The translations under genes and the position numbers were made by a program. DNA of 64,000 nucleotides, from the NCBI GenBank assembly GCA_026129095.1, contig JAHCIT010000005.1, forward strand, positions 248,001 through 312,000. The letters are read 5' to 3'. The notes below the pieces were generated by a model that saw nothing but the letters and a program-made list of their open reading frames with translations, was not told where the DNA came from and did not search any database. Source of the DNA: Deltaproteobacteria bacterium (GTDB lineage Bacteria > JAGRBM01 > JAHCIT01). Below, piece after piece: positions 1 to 8,604 of this stretch (position 1 is the stretch's first letter; every line of letters begins with the position of its first letter).

Positions 1-90
1 CTTGCGGATCGGGGCCGGCATCGCCTGCTCGATCCACTGGCGGACCTCTTCCCTGAATCTGATCTGCTCGGGGGTAAACGACATGTCCAT
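1..90 (-). CDS. Acyl-CoA dehydrogenase family protein, N-terminus (runs off the window)
   Basis: Manual translation MDMSFTPEQIRFREEVRQWIEQAMPAPIRK matches the typical ACAD N-terminal pattern. Confidence 0.65.
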   Translation of the reverse strand, partial: MDMSFTPEQIRFREEVRQWIEQAMPAPIRK

Positions 91-213
91 GACGGTACCG
101 GTCTCCTGGTCGTGATGCTTATTTGGATGGGCGCGCCCGTGCGCGGCCCCTATGAGTAGCCCAAAGCCCCAAGGCCCGCCAACGGAAAACCGCCGTGAAA
201 ACTCCGATTTCTT

Positions 214-663
214 TTGCCGTCAGGTGACAGCGGCGTCAGGGGCGAGCGGGCCTCTTTCTACGAGGAGAACTACCTCGCCAACCTCATCGCCTGGGACTGG
301 CCGCGCATCTCGGAGAAGATCGCGCCCGTCCTCGTCCGGATGGTCCGCTACCTGCTCCTGATGCCCCACCGGCTGCTGCTGGGCTGGCTACTGGTGCTGC
401 TCACGCTGCAGGCGGCACGGGAACTCGCCCGCCGGGACCCCGCCGCTCCTGCCTTCGCGCCCCACCGGCTGCTGCTCGCTTCCGCCTGGATGTATCTCGC
501 GGCCGTTTACCTGATGTTTCTCGTCTCGCCCTGGTACGGCGACATGCAGGTCCGGGCCGCCTTCGACCGGATTCTCACGCATCTGGGGCCGGTGATGGGA
601 GTGGCGGCTGTCCTTCAAAATAGCTGCACACCACCCTACTCGTCCCATTCATCCGGAAGCTGA
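214..663 (+). pseudogene. 3' fragment of a polytopic membrane protein gene (possibly GT-C glycosyltransferase-like)
   Basis: Several hydrophobic segments and no convincing start; 460-606 recurs inverted at 46515-46662. Confidence 0.5.
460..606 (+). repeat. Dispersed inverted repeat, arm B copy 1 (pairs with 46515-46662)
   Basis: Direct alignment, e.g. gtttacctgatgtttctcgtctcgccctggtacggcgacatgcagg is present in both copies. Confidence 0.9.
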
Positions 664-1127
664 TACAATCCGCCTACGTCCCTGCAATGAGTTCGTGGAT
701 TTTGAAATTCAGGAAAGTAATAAAAATAAAAGTAAGACGCATATCTCTCATGGATTTTCGGGTAGGCATCATCCAATACACATCTACTAATAGCTCCCTT
801 ATTTGCACATTCGGCAGTTGAGAATTCACCATTCAACTGTGTTTCACAATCCTCACGAATTACATTTTCGCCGAAACTGAAATTTCCGTCGGCTCCAGAC
901 TCCAAAAATATATTCAAGCAGTAGTTTTCGACAGGAACATTGCACGAAACCCACTTAAAATCCGTATAATCACACCCAAAGATACAAAAGACCATTAGGG
1001 TGCCACACAATCGAAGACTTTCAGTACGGCCATTTCCCCCACGGCCACGACTCCTGATTGTGCCCAATGCCAAATTTTTCATGATGTCCTGCCTCCAGGG
1101 GGTTTGATCGACCATGCCAGTCTCCAC
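636..1127 (-). CDS. Putative RHS immunity protein, Cys-rich and lipoprotein-like (true start probably downstream of 1127)
   Basis: AT-rich ORF directly downstream of the RHS tip; hydrophobic stretch ending IFG-C; several Cys. Confidence 0.55.
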   Translation of the reverse strand: METGMVDQTPWRQDIMKNLALGTIRSRGRGGNGRTESLRLCGTLMVFCIFGCDYTDFKWVSCNVPVENYCLNIFLESGADGNFSFGENVIREDCETQLNGEFSTAECANKGAISRCVLDDAYPKIHERYASYFYFYYFPEFQNPRTHCRDVGGLYQLPDEWDE

Positions 1128-2043
1128 TGAATACCAGGCTCGACAAACCTGTCGCTACATGCAGCGGGATGTAGGCATTTCCAAGCACGCCAACCTGGGA
1201 TGCGAAATGAACAGACTCGTCGTACATCTTTCCGCCATAGGTATGGCGTGCTGGACTCCCCGCACGGCCCTTTGGGGATTTTATCAGTACCGCATGCCCC
1301 AAGGTCTGGGCTGGTGCATCGCCAAGCACGAATCCGGCGCCCGAGAATGCAATCACCCCGGTGCCATCGACAGATTCGGCATGGATGCCAACATGCTTCC
1401 CCTGCATCGCACCGACTGCAATCGCGGCAACGCCAGCCGTCAGTCCGAATAGTGTCGTTCGGGCCCCGGTCAGATATCCGTGGAACCCCACGCCCCCCTG
1501 CCGCTGGGTCGATGCGTAGGTTGCCGCGTCTGCACCGATCACAAATGGGTTTGCCGCCATCTGCCCAAGTATATCCCAGAACGCATCCGACAGCCCAAAG
1601 CCGGGCAAGGGAATGGGGAGAATTGCCATGAAGAGTGCCTGCATGACGATGCTGATCACGCTGGATAACACTTTCAGAACGAACTTCTTCACCCACTTCC
1701 AGAACCCGTACCCGTCCACATCCACCCGGTTCAGCGGGTTGTTGAGCACGTAGCTGAACCGGTTCAGATCCTGCGGCTCAAATGTCCGCCCCTGCCAGTC
1801 CTGCACCTGCTCCCGGATGCCGTCCGCAGGCGCGGCTCTGCCCGACTGGAACCCCCATTCGACAAGCCGCATCGCCTGAAGCGGAGCGGGTTCGAGTTGC
1901 CGGGGATCGGCGGAGATGAACCGGCCCACGAGGGGGTCGTAGTAACGGTTTTCGAAGTTCATGAGGCCAAGCGCGGCGTCCTGCCGCTTGCGGGTGAATG
2001 TCAGGTCATTGGCCGGTCCGGTATTCATCGCCAGTCCCACCAT
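1021..2043 (-). CDS. Orphan RHS repeat-associated core plus C-terminal toxin tip
   Basis: FTRKRQD...RYYDPLVGRFISADP...LNRFSYVLNNPLNRVDVDG core motifs followed by a ~230 aa tip; no YD-repeat body. Confidence 0.85.
   Translation of the reverse strand: MVGLAMNTGPANDLTFTRKRQDAALGLMNFENRYYDPLVGRFISADPRQLEPAPLQAMRLVEWGFQSGRAAPADGIREQVQDWQGRTFEPQDLNRFSYVLNNPLNRVDVDGYGFWKWVKKFVLKVLSSVISIVMQALFMAILPIPLPGFGLSDAFWDILGQMAANPFVIGADAATYASTQRQGGVGFHGYLTGARTTLFGLTAGVAAIAVGAMQGKHVGIHAESVDGTGVIAFSGAGFVLGDAPAQTLGHAVLIKSPKGRAGSPARHTYGGKMYDESVHFASQVGVLGNAYIPLHVATGLSSLVFSGDWHGRSNPLEAGHHEKFGIGHNQESWPWGKWPY
1698..1942 (-). repeat. Dispersed inverted repeat, arm A copy 1 (RHS core; pairs with 44898-45141)
   Basis: Aligned by eye; 1698-1758 is identical to the reverse complement of 45081-45141. 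Confidence 0.9.
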
Positions 2044-2149
2044 CTTGCGCCCAGTATATCACGGCCCCCTGATCCCCATAATCAGAACTGATTTCTGTTC
2101 TGGATAACCCTTTCCCGGCATTCCCAAGGGGCAAGACCGCCTGGCGGCC

Positions 2150-2310
2150 GCGCCTCACCTCAAACGAGGCGTGGTGAGCCGTGGTGAAGCGTGGTGGCTG
2201 TAATTAACTGTTTTCACTTACTATTTTGGCGTGATCTCCATCACCTTCTACCGGCCTGACCCATGGTGAGGTGTGGCGAAGCGTGGTGAGCCGTGGTGAG
2301 GCGTGGCGGC
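2150..2310. repeat. Two clusters of ~10-bp tandem repeats (consensus about CGTGGTGAGS) with one inverted unit
   Basis: gaggcgtggtgagccgtggtgaagcgtggtgg at 2166-2197; catggtgaggtgtggcgaagcgtggtgagccgtggtgaggcgtggcgg at 2262-2309; gcgcctcacc at 2150-2159. Confidence 0.75.
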
Positions 2311-2531
2311 GGCCCGGTTCACCGGCCGGGCGCAACACGGCTAACAGCCTGAAAAGCAGGACACTAATTTCCTGAAACCGAAGCAATTTGCGAAACTTTC
2401 AAACCCCTTCAGGGCCGGGCCTGCTGCTTTTTCAATGGGGCGTGCGGACCCATGTCCGCCACCCATTATACCACGGGGGCCGGAACGGGCCGGTGAGGTG
2501 TCAGGCAGGGAGCAGGGCCTGGCGGCCCGGC

Positions 2532-3572
2532 TCAGGTGTTCGACAGGTCGCGCTCGGCGGGCGCGGTGCCGCCGTTCGCCAGCCGGATCTGGTGCGAGCT
2601 GTGGATGTCGAGGGCCGCGGGGTCGGCGGGCACCCGCTCGGTGGCGGCGGCAAGGGCGGCCTGGAACATGGCCACCCAGTCGTCCTTCGTCTCCTCGGTG
2701 GGAAACAGGAACTCGTTGGCGATGTTGAGCGCCATGATGGCGGGGCTGCGCTCCTCGTCGAGATCAATGCCGAGCACCTTGAAGGCCGCCTTCATCGCCA
2801 TCACCTGCTTGGAGCGGCCCAGTTCCATTACCTTCCGGGGCTCGATGCCGAGGGTTTCGAAATCCTTCTCCAGCATCTTCGTCTCCCACATGGCCCAGAA
2901 CAGGATCCGCGCCTGGAAGACCATCATCGCGCTCACCTCGGCCTTCGACATGCCCCGGATCATCTCCGGCAGATACTGCATGCCAAGGCCCACGTGCCGG
3001 GCCTCGTCGCGCTCATAGTATTTCATCAGCTCGGCGATGACCGGCTCGGCCTTCAGTTCCCGCACGGTCTGGAAGATCGTGAGCGCCATCGTCTCGATCA
3101 TGAGCTGCATGCCGAGCAGCTTGTAGGCGAGGTTCGGCGTGTCGAGCACGAGGTCCAGGAGCGCCTGCGGCGGGCGGTCCATCCGCTTGGGGACGTAGCC
3201 CAGTTCCTTCAGGTAATCGTGCATCACGTAGAAGTGGCGGGCCTCGTCGAACGCCTGGCTCGTGGCGGCCATCTTCGCCTCCAGCGGCACCAGCCCGTCG
3301 GCGAGCTGGGCGCTGATCTTCCACGCGGCGAGTTCGCCCCACATGATGATGGCGAAGATGCGCGAGATGGCCTTGCGCTTGTCGTCGGGGATATTGATGC
3401 CGCCGTGCTCCCTGAGCAGCATCGGGAGGATATCCTTCCCGTCCCAGGCGAGATCCTGTCCCTTGTGGTAGATGTTCTCGCACCTGGCGAACCGGCGGGC
3501 CTGCTCGGCGTCGCGCTCCATGTCGAACATGTCGTAGCGAATCTGGGTCTTTCCGTATCCGGCAATGGCCAT
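2532..3572 (-). CDS. Ferritin-like di-iron domain protein (AurF/desaturase-like four-helix bundle)
   Basis: GELAA...DEARH and IETMA...DEARH paired E/ExxH ligands. Confidence 0.8.
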   Translation of the reverse strand: MAIAGYGKTQIRYDMFDMERDAEQARRFARCENIYHKGQDLAWDGKDILPMLLREHGGINIPDDKRKAISRIFAIIMWGELAAWKISAQLADGLVPLEAKMAATSQAFDEARHFYVMHDYLKELGYVPKRMDRPPQALLDLVLDTPNLAYKLLGMQLMIETMALTIFQTVRELKAEPVIAELMKYYERDEARHVGLGMQYLPEMIRGMSKAEVSAMMVFQARILFWAMWETKMLEKDFETLGIEPRKVMELGRSKQVMAMKAAFKVLGIDLDEERSPAIMALNIANEFLFPTEETKDDWVAMFQAALAAATERVPADPAALDIHSSHQIRLANGGTAPAERDLSNT

Positions 3573-3591
3573 GATGGAATCTCCTTAAGCG

Positions 3592-4284
3592 TCAGGGTTT
3601 CAGGGCGACGGCCCCGCGGAACAGGACCTGCTTGATGTCCTCGAACATGAGGCGGGCTTCCTGCCCGTTCTCCATGAAGTTGCTGTGGACGACGAACCCG
3701 GCGATCACCGCCTGCACCAGCGCGGCCGCCCGGTCCAGGGGGAGCATCAGCCGGCCGGCGTCGGGGCCGAGCGCCGCCCGGATCGTCTCGCACACCAGCC
3801 GGTGCTGGAGGCGGTCGAACTCCCGTATCCGCTCCCGGAGGCGTTCGTTGAAGTTGGCCGTGGACCACATCTCCATGAGGAAGGCGACGCGCTCGCGGTT
3901 GGCGATCAGCAGGTCGAACAGGGCGTCAGCGGCCGTGAGCAGCCGCTCGACCGACGGGGCCTCGACACGCGAACGCTCCAGCACGCCCGCCGCGATCCCC
4001 TCGCTCATGCGCGTCACGGCGGCGATGAGGATCTCTTCCTTGGAGGCGAAGTGGTAGTGGAGAAGGCTTTTCGACACCCCCGCGGCGAGCGCGATCTCCT
4101 TGGTGGAGGCGCCTTCGTAGCCGTGGCGGGCGAAACACTGGATGGCCGCCTCGACGATGCGGTCCACCGATTCGGGAACAGAATCAGCACCCTGCGCCGG
4201 TCTGGCGGTTTCGGCATCGGTTTGGCGGGGGTTCGTGACCACGGATTTCTTATAAACTGGCCAGCCAGTCAGTGTCAACAACAT
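3592..4284 (-). CDS. TetR/AcrR family transcriptional regulator (start may be near 4242)
   Basis: IVEAAIQCFARHGYEGASTKEIALAAGVSKSLLHYHF HTH. Confidence 0.92.
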   Translation of the reverse strand: MLLTLTGWPVYKKSVVTNPRQTDAETARPAQGADSVPESVDRIVEAAIQCFARHGYEGASTKEIALAAGVSKSLLHYHFASKEEILIAAVTRMSEGIAAGVLERSRVEAPSVERLLTAADALFDLLIANRERVAFLMEMWSTANFNERLRERIREFDRLQHRLVCETIRAALGPDAGRLMLPLDRAAALVQAVIAGFVVHSNFMENGQEARLMFEDIKQVLFRGAVALKP

Positions 4285-4354
4285 TCATCCATAACAACCT
4301 TAATCCGTTGTAATTATTGGAATCTTCAGCCTCCGGTGCTACAGGCCACCCGCC

Positions 4355-5329
4355 ATGAGTCGCCGCAAGAAACTGTTTGTTACTGCCGCCATCGTCCTGC
4401 TTGTTGCCCTGGGAATGATGCTGCTCCGCCAGCGCCCGGCACCCAAGACCCCGCGCCAACGGGAACGGGCAGCCGAATCCCGGCGGGATCCGGTCCGCGA
4501 GGCCAGGCCCCTCGCCAGCGCCAAGCCCCCCGAAGCCGGGGAAGAGGCGGAGGAGGAGGAAAAGCCCAGGTCCCGCTGCGGCAGGGGTGCCGGCCGGGAG
4601 ATCCGGCTCCAGCGGCTCGATGAGGTCATCTGGATCAAGACCAACGACGAGCTCTTCGAACTGCCCGAGGCCTATAGCGGCGATCACCGGGTCCGGGCCA
4701 CCGGCAAGGAACAGGAGCGCGAGCGCAAGCGCCCCAGGAAGGAACGGCGGATGATCCGCCTCCATTCGCTCATCCCCACCGGACAGGGGAGCATCGCGGC
4801 CATTGATCTCGTCCCCTGTTTCGGTGACGCCTGGCGGTTCCCCATGGCCGAACTGGACGAGAACCCCGACCGCTACGTCCTGATGCAGAACAAACGCGGG
4901 GTGCTGAAACTGACCGACCGGGTGAAGAACTCCCCGATGGTGGTGAAAAACCTCTATTCGATCGACCTCATTCCCTACGGCGACCCGCGCCTCGACGGCC
5001 CCCGGCCGGGGATCATCGAGAACGACGAAGAAGACCGGATGCACCTCGTCATCGACGCGCCGGGACAGGAACTGAAGACCCTCACCCGCGTGAAGATCCG
5101 CTCCTGCGGCGAGGAGGGATGCCCCATCACCGACTTCCTGCCGCCCGACGTTACCGAGGACTACTGCATCGAGAACAAGCCGGGCATGCGGCTCCGGATG
5201 CGGCCCGCGATCCTGACGAAAAGCCGCGTATGGATACCGGAGCGGGGGCCGGGCCTCCTGTTCTACCCCGGCGGGGTGAAGGGAGCCGCCGTGAACCAGC
5301 CGCTGTCCCTGGGGCCCTGCGATCCGTGA
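4355..5329 (+). CDS. Hypothetical membrane-anchored exported protein
   Basis: Basic N-terminus plus one TM helix, GC3-biased ORF. Confidence 0.65.
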   Translation: MSRRKKLFVTAAIVLLVALGMMLLRQRPAPKTPRQRERAAESRRDPVREARPLASAKPPEAGEEAEEEEKPRSRCGRGAGREIRLQRLDEVIWIKTNDELFELPEAYSGDHRVRATGKEQERERKRPRKERRMIRLHSLIPTGQGSIAAIDLVPCFGDAWRFPMAELDENPDRYVLMQNKRGVLKLTDRVKNSPMVVKNLYSIDLIPYGDPRLDGPRPGIIENDEEDRMHLVIDAPGQELKTLTRVKIRSCGEEGCPITDFLPPDVTEDYCIENKPGMRLRMRPAILTKSRVWIPERGPGLLFYPGGVKGAAVNQPLSLGPCDP

Positions 5330-5397
5330 AACTTGCATCCCCCGGGATGGCCGTTATGCTCCGCCGCTTCCGGTAACGGGAAAAGGAAATCTCCCCA

Positions 5398-6228
5398 ATG
5401 GCCGACATCATCAAGGAAGGCGAAAAGAACCGCACGCACATCGTCGGGCGGTTCATGCGCGAATCCCTGCTGAGCAAGGAACTGCTCGCCAGCACCGAAC
5501 CCCAGCGCGAGGTCCGGCTCCTGCCGGAGGCGAACATCATCGGGGTGGGCGGCCACTCGATCATGGACCGCGGCAAGGCGGCCGTGCTGCCGCTCTGCGA
5601 CGCGCTCGTCCGCGCCAAGGCGAAATACAAGATGATCGTCGGCGTGTCCGGCGGCACCCGCATGCGCCACACGATGAGCGTGGGGCTTGATCTGGGGCTT
5701 CCCACGGGCGGGCTCGCCCAGATCGCCGGGGCGGTTGAGGAACAGAACGCGGCGCTGCTGCAGGCCATCCTCTCGGCCCACGGCGGCGTTGCCATGTGCC
5801 GCGAGCATTTCCCCGAGCTTCCGATCTACCTGGAAGTGGGCATCCTGCCGATCGTGATCTGCATGCCGCCCTACCACTTCTGGGAGGAACCGCCCAGGAA
5901 GGGCCGCCTCCCGATGAACGGACCGGACGTGGGCCTCTACCTTACGGCCGACGTGGTGGGTGCCAGGAGCCTCATCTTCATCAAGGACCAGAAGGGCCTT
6001 TACACCGACAACCCGGATACCAACCCGAACGCGAAGTTCATCCCGGAAGCGACGTGCGACGAGATTCTCAGGGCCGACTACCCCGAACTCATCATCGAGG
6101 AAAAGGTACTGGAATACATGAAGAACGGCCGCCACATCCGCGAGATCCAGATCATCAACGGCCTGGAGCCGGGGAACCTGGAACGGGCCCTCAACGGCGA
6201 GCATGTGGGCACGATCATCCGCGCCTGA
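5398..6228 (+). CDS. mosA: Molybdenum storage protein alpha-like subunit (amino acid kinase fold)
   Basis: N-terminal arm HIVGRFMRESLL, MDRG, GLDLGLP, PPYH, NGLEPGNLERALNGEHVGTII. Confidence 0.75.
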   Translation: MADIIKEGEKNRTHIVGRFMRESLLSKELLASTEPQREVRLLPEANIIGVGGHSIMDRGKAAVLPLCDALVRAKAKYKMIVGVSGGTRMRHTMSVGLDLGLPTGGLAQIAGAVEEQNAALLQAILSAHGGVAMCREHFPELPIYLEVGILPIVICMPPYHFWEEPPRKGRLPMNGPDVGLYLTADVVGARSLIFIKDQKGLYTDNPDTNPNAKFIPEATCDEILRADYPELIIEEKVLEYMKNGRHIREIQIINGLEPGNLERALNGEHVGTIIRA

Positions 6229-6291
6229 TTCCTGACGCCCTGCTCCCACAGGCTGAAAACAGGCGACACCCAGCGAAGGAACCACCCAAAC

Positions 6292-7077
6292 GTGAGCACG
6301 ACCCCCGAGCGCAGAGTCATTGAATCCCTGATCGACGAGAAAAACGCGCCGGTCACGGCCATCCTGCCCAATACGAAGGTCATCAAGATCGGCGGCCAGT
6401 CGGTGATGGACCGGGGCCGGTCCGCGCTGTTTCCACTGGTGGACGAAATCGCCCAGTGCGCTAAAGACGGCTTCCACCTCCTGCTCGGCGCTGGTGGCGG
6501 CACCCGTGCGCGGCACGCCTACCAGATCGGCCTCGACCTGGAGGTACCCACCGGCGTGATGGCCCGTATCGGCTGCGCCGTGCCCCGGCAGAACGCCCGG
6601 ATGCTCCAGATGCTGCTCGCCAAGCACGGCGGCGTCTACATCATGCCCGATGACTTCGAGAAGCTGCCCCTCTATTTCCGGCTGGGCTGCATCCCGGTCA
6701 TGTCCGGCATGCCCCCGCACGAATACTGGGAGAAACCGAGCCCCGGCACCCGTATCCCGCCGAACCGGACGGACGCGGGTGTATACCTCGCCGCTGAGGC
6801 CCTTGGCGCCCCCATGTGCTTTTTTGCCAAGGACGAGGAAGGACTCTTCACCGATGATCCGAAGAAGAACCCCAAGGCCGAGTTCATTCCGAAAATCCAT
6901 GTACGCGAACTGATGAAACGCGATCTTGATGACCTGGTGGTCGAACGGAGCGTGCTCACCTATCTGGACCGCGCCCAGTCCTGCAAGCAGATCCAGATCT
7001 TCAACTCGCTCAAGCCCGGCAATCTCACCCGCGCTCTCAAGGGCGAGCACGTGGGAACGATCATTTACGCCGACTGA
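6292..7077 (+). CDS. mosB: Molybdenum storage protein beta-like subunit
   Basis: VIKIGGQSVMDRGR, GTRARH, IPPNRTDAG, PGNLTRALKGEHVGTII; tandem paralog of the upstream gene. Confidence 0.8.
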   Translation: MSTTPERRVIESLIDEKNAPVTAILPNTKVIKIGGQSVMDRGRSALFPLVDEIAQCAKDGFHLLLGAGGGTRARHAYQIGLDLEVPTGVMARIGCAVPRQNARMLQMLLAKHGGVYIMPDDFEKLPLYFRLGCIPVMSGMPPHEYWEKPSPGTRIPPNRTDAGVYLAAEALGAPMCFFAKDEEGLFTDDPKKNPKAEFIPKIHVRELMKRDLDDLVVERSVLTYLDRAQSCKQIQIFNSLKPGNLTRALKGEHVGTIIYAD

Positions 7078-7091
7078 AGGTGGACGGGCTC

Positions 7092-7472
7092 ATGCGTAGC
7101 CGCCATTCGCTTCCACTTGCCGCCGCCTTCCTTGTTTCCTGCGGCGCCAGGACTGCGCCACAACCGGAAACACCCAGCCTCCGGTGCCCGGAGATATCGG
7201 TGTTCGTCCGGGAGGGGTGCCCCCACTGCACGGCGGCCAAGGCCTATCTGGCGGAGTTCGCCGCCCGCGAACCCGGCCTCAAGGTCAGCTATCTCGATGT
7301 CCGCGCCAATCCGGCAAACCGGGACCGGCTGAAGACGCTCGCTGGCGAGCACGGGATCGAAACCATCGGCGTGCCGTCGTTCCTCATCTGCGGGGACTTT
7401 CTGGTGGGATTCAGTGAAACGGCCACACCGGCCGAGATCGAGCGGCGGGTGAAACAGCCCGCCTACCCCTGA
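7092..7472 (+). CDS. Glutaredoxin-like lipoprotein
   Basis: Lipobox LVSC, CPHC active site, GVP cis-Pro motif. Confidence 0.8.
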   Translation: MRSRHSLPLAAAFLVSCGARTAPQPETPSLRCPEISVFVREGCPHCTAAKAYLAEFAAREPGLKVSYLDVRANPANRDRLKTLAGEHGIETIGVPSFLICGDFLVGFSETATPAEIERRVKQPAYP

Positions 7473-7708
7473 TAGTCGGGCGAACCGGGAGCCGGTTCAT
7501 ACCCGTCGTTGTTCTCACGACATATCTTGCAGAGAATCATGCTGGTGGGACCGGCTTTGGCCGGGTTGGTGCAGCGGAAAATCATCGCCGACATCCGGTC
7601 ATTGTGCGAGGTGCCTTCTGGCAGCGCCGCCACGGCCGCCTCGTCGCGCACCTTGTAGACGCACTTTCGCAGGTCATGTCCGGAGCCCTTGGGACGCAGT
7701 TCAGCCAT
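7463..7708 (-). CDS. Small hypothetical Cys-containing protein
   Basis: 81 aa ORF at the end of the minus-strand operon; 4 Cys including CKIC. Confidence 0.5.
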   Translation of the reverse strand: MAELRPKGSGHDLRKCVYKVRDEAAVAALPEGTSHNDRMSAMIFRCTNPAKAGPTSMILCKICRENNDGYEPAPGSPDYQG

Positions 7709-7753
7709 GGGACCAGTATATGCTTGCCGGATACGGCAGGGGCAAACATCCCC

Positions 7754-8068
7754 CTACCAAGCCAGCCGTTCGGCGTCGGCTGCGGCAATACCGGCAATCC
7801 GGAGCCGCTTGTCACGGGATTTGTGGCCGCTCTCCAGCGTGACCTGTGAACTCCGGATCCCCAGCACTCCGGCGATCAGATCAGCCAGCTCATCATTTGC
7901 ACGGCCTTCCAGGGGCGGCGAAGTCAGGGCCACCTTCAGTACCGGACCTGACGGCATCTGGTGGATACCCTGCACCCCTGCTCTCCGGGCGCGGGGCTGG
8001 ACATGAACGTGGAGGAAAATTCCGCCCGCCGGATCATCCGTCCATGGCGCGGAGCGGGTGCTGGTCAC
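7754..8068 (-). CDS. yggU: DUF167/YggU family protein
   Basis: HVQPRA...LKVALTSPPLEGRAN...SGHKSRDK; operon context. Confidence 0.9.
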   Translation of the reverse strand: MTSTRSAPWTDDPAGGIFLHVHVQPRARRAGVQGIHQMPSGPVLKVALTSPPLEGRANDELADLIAGVLGIRSSQVTLESGHKSRDKRLRIAGIAAADAERLAW

Positions 8069-8091
8069 GAGTTCCCTGGGTGCAAAGACGG

Positions 8092-8604
8092 TCAGCCCGC
8101 CTGCTCGCCCTTCTTGATGAAGGCGACCTTCTTTTCGATCTGCGCCCGCTCGGCCTCGCTGGACGACTGGGCCTCAAGCAGCTTCTGGTGGAGTTCCAGC
8201 TCGGCGCGCAGGTGTGTTTCAAACTGGAGACGGAGCCGCTTCAGTTCCTGTATCTGCCCCTGAAGATCGGCCATGCGGTTATGCGCGTCCTTGACCAGCG
8301 CGTCGGCCTTCAGTTCGGCTTCGGCAACAGTGAGCTCGGCCTGTTTCTGGGCATTGCGGCGCATCTCCTCAACGGCCCGCTGCGCGGTCACAAGCGTGTC
8401 CTTCAGCGTCTGCTCACGGGTGCGGTGCTGCAGGATTTCCTGCTCCTGGCGGGCGATCGTCTCCCGCATGGTATTGTTCTCGCGCACCACGTCGGCATAG
8501 GCGCTCGCCACGGCCTCCAGGAAGTTTTTCACTTCCTGCTCGTTGAAACCGCGGAATGACCGGTTGAATATTTTCTGCTGAATCTCCATCGGAGAGAGTT
8601 TCAT
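8092..8604 (-). CDS. divIVA: DivIVA domain coiled-coil protein
   Basis: LSPMEIQQKIFNRSFRGFNEQEVKNFL followed by coiled coil. Confidence 0.9.
   Translation of the reverse strand: MKLSPMEIQQKIFNRSFRGFNEQEVKNFLEAVASAYADVVRENNTMRETIARQEQEILQHRTREQTLKDTLVTAQRAVEEMRRNAQKQAELTVAEAELKADALVKDAHNRMADLQGQIQELKRLRLQFETHLRAELELHQKLLEAQSSSEAERAQIEKKVAFIKKGEQAG

Noticed and set aside
2150-2310. Possible CRISPR array
   Set aside because: Units are ~10 bp and abut with no unique spacers; no cas operon in the window.
5263-7050. 595 aa minus-strand ORF
   Set aside because: Antisense shadow of mosAB, as expected from GC-rich codon bias; no motifs.
5398-7077. Duplicated uridylate kinase (pyrH)
   Set aside because: Tandem heteromeric pair with MoSto-type motifs and not in the rpsB-tsf-frr context.
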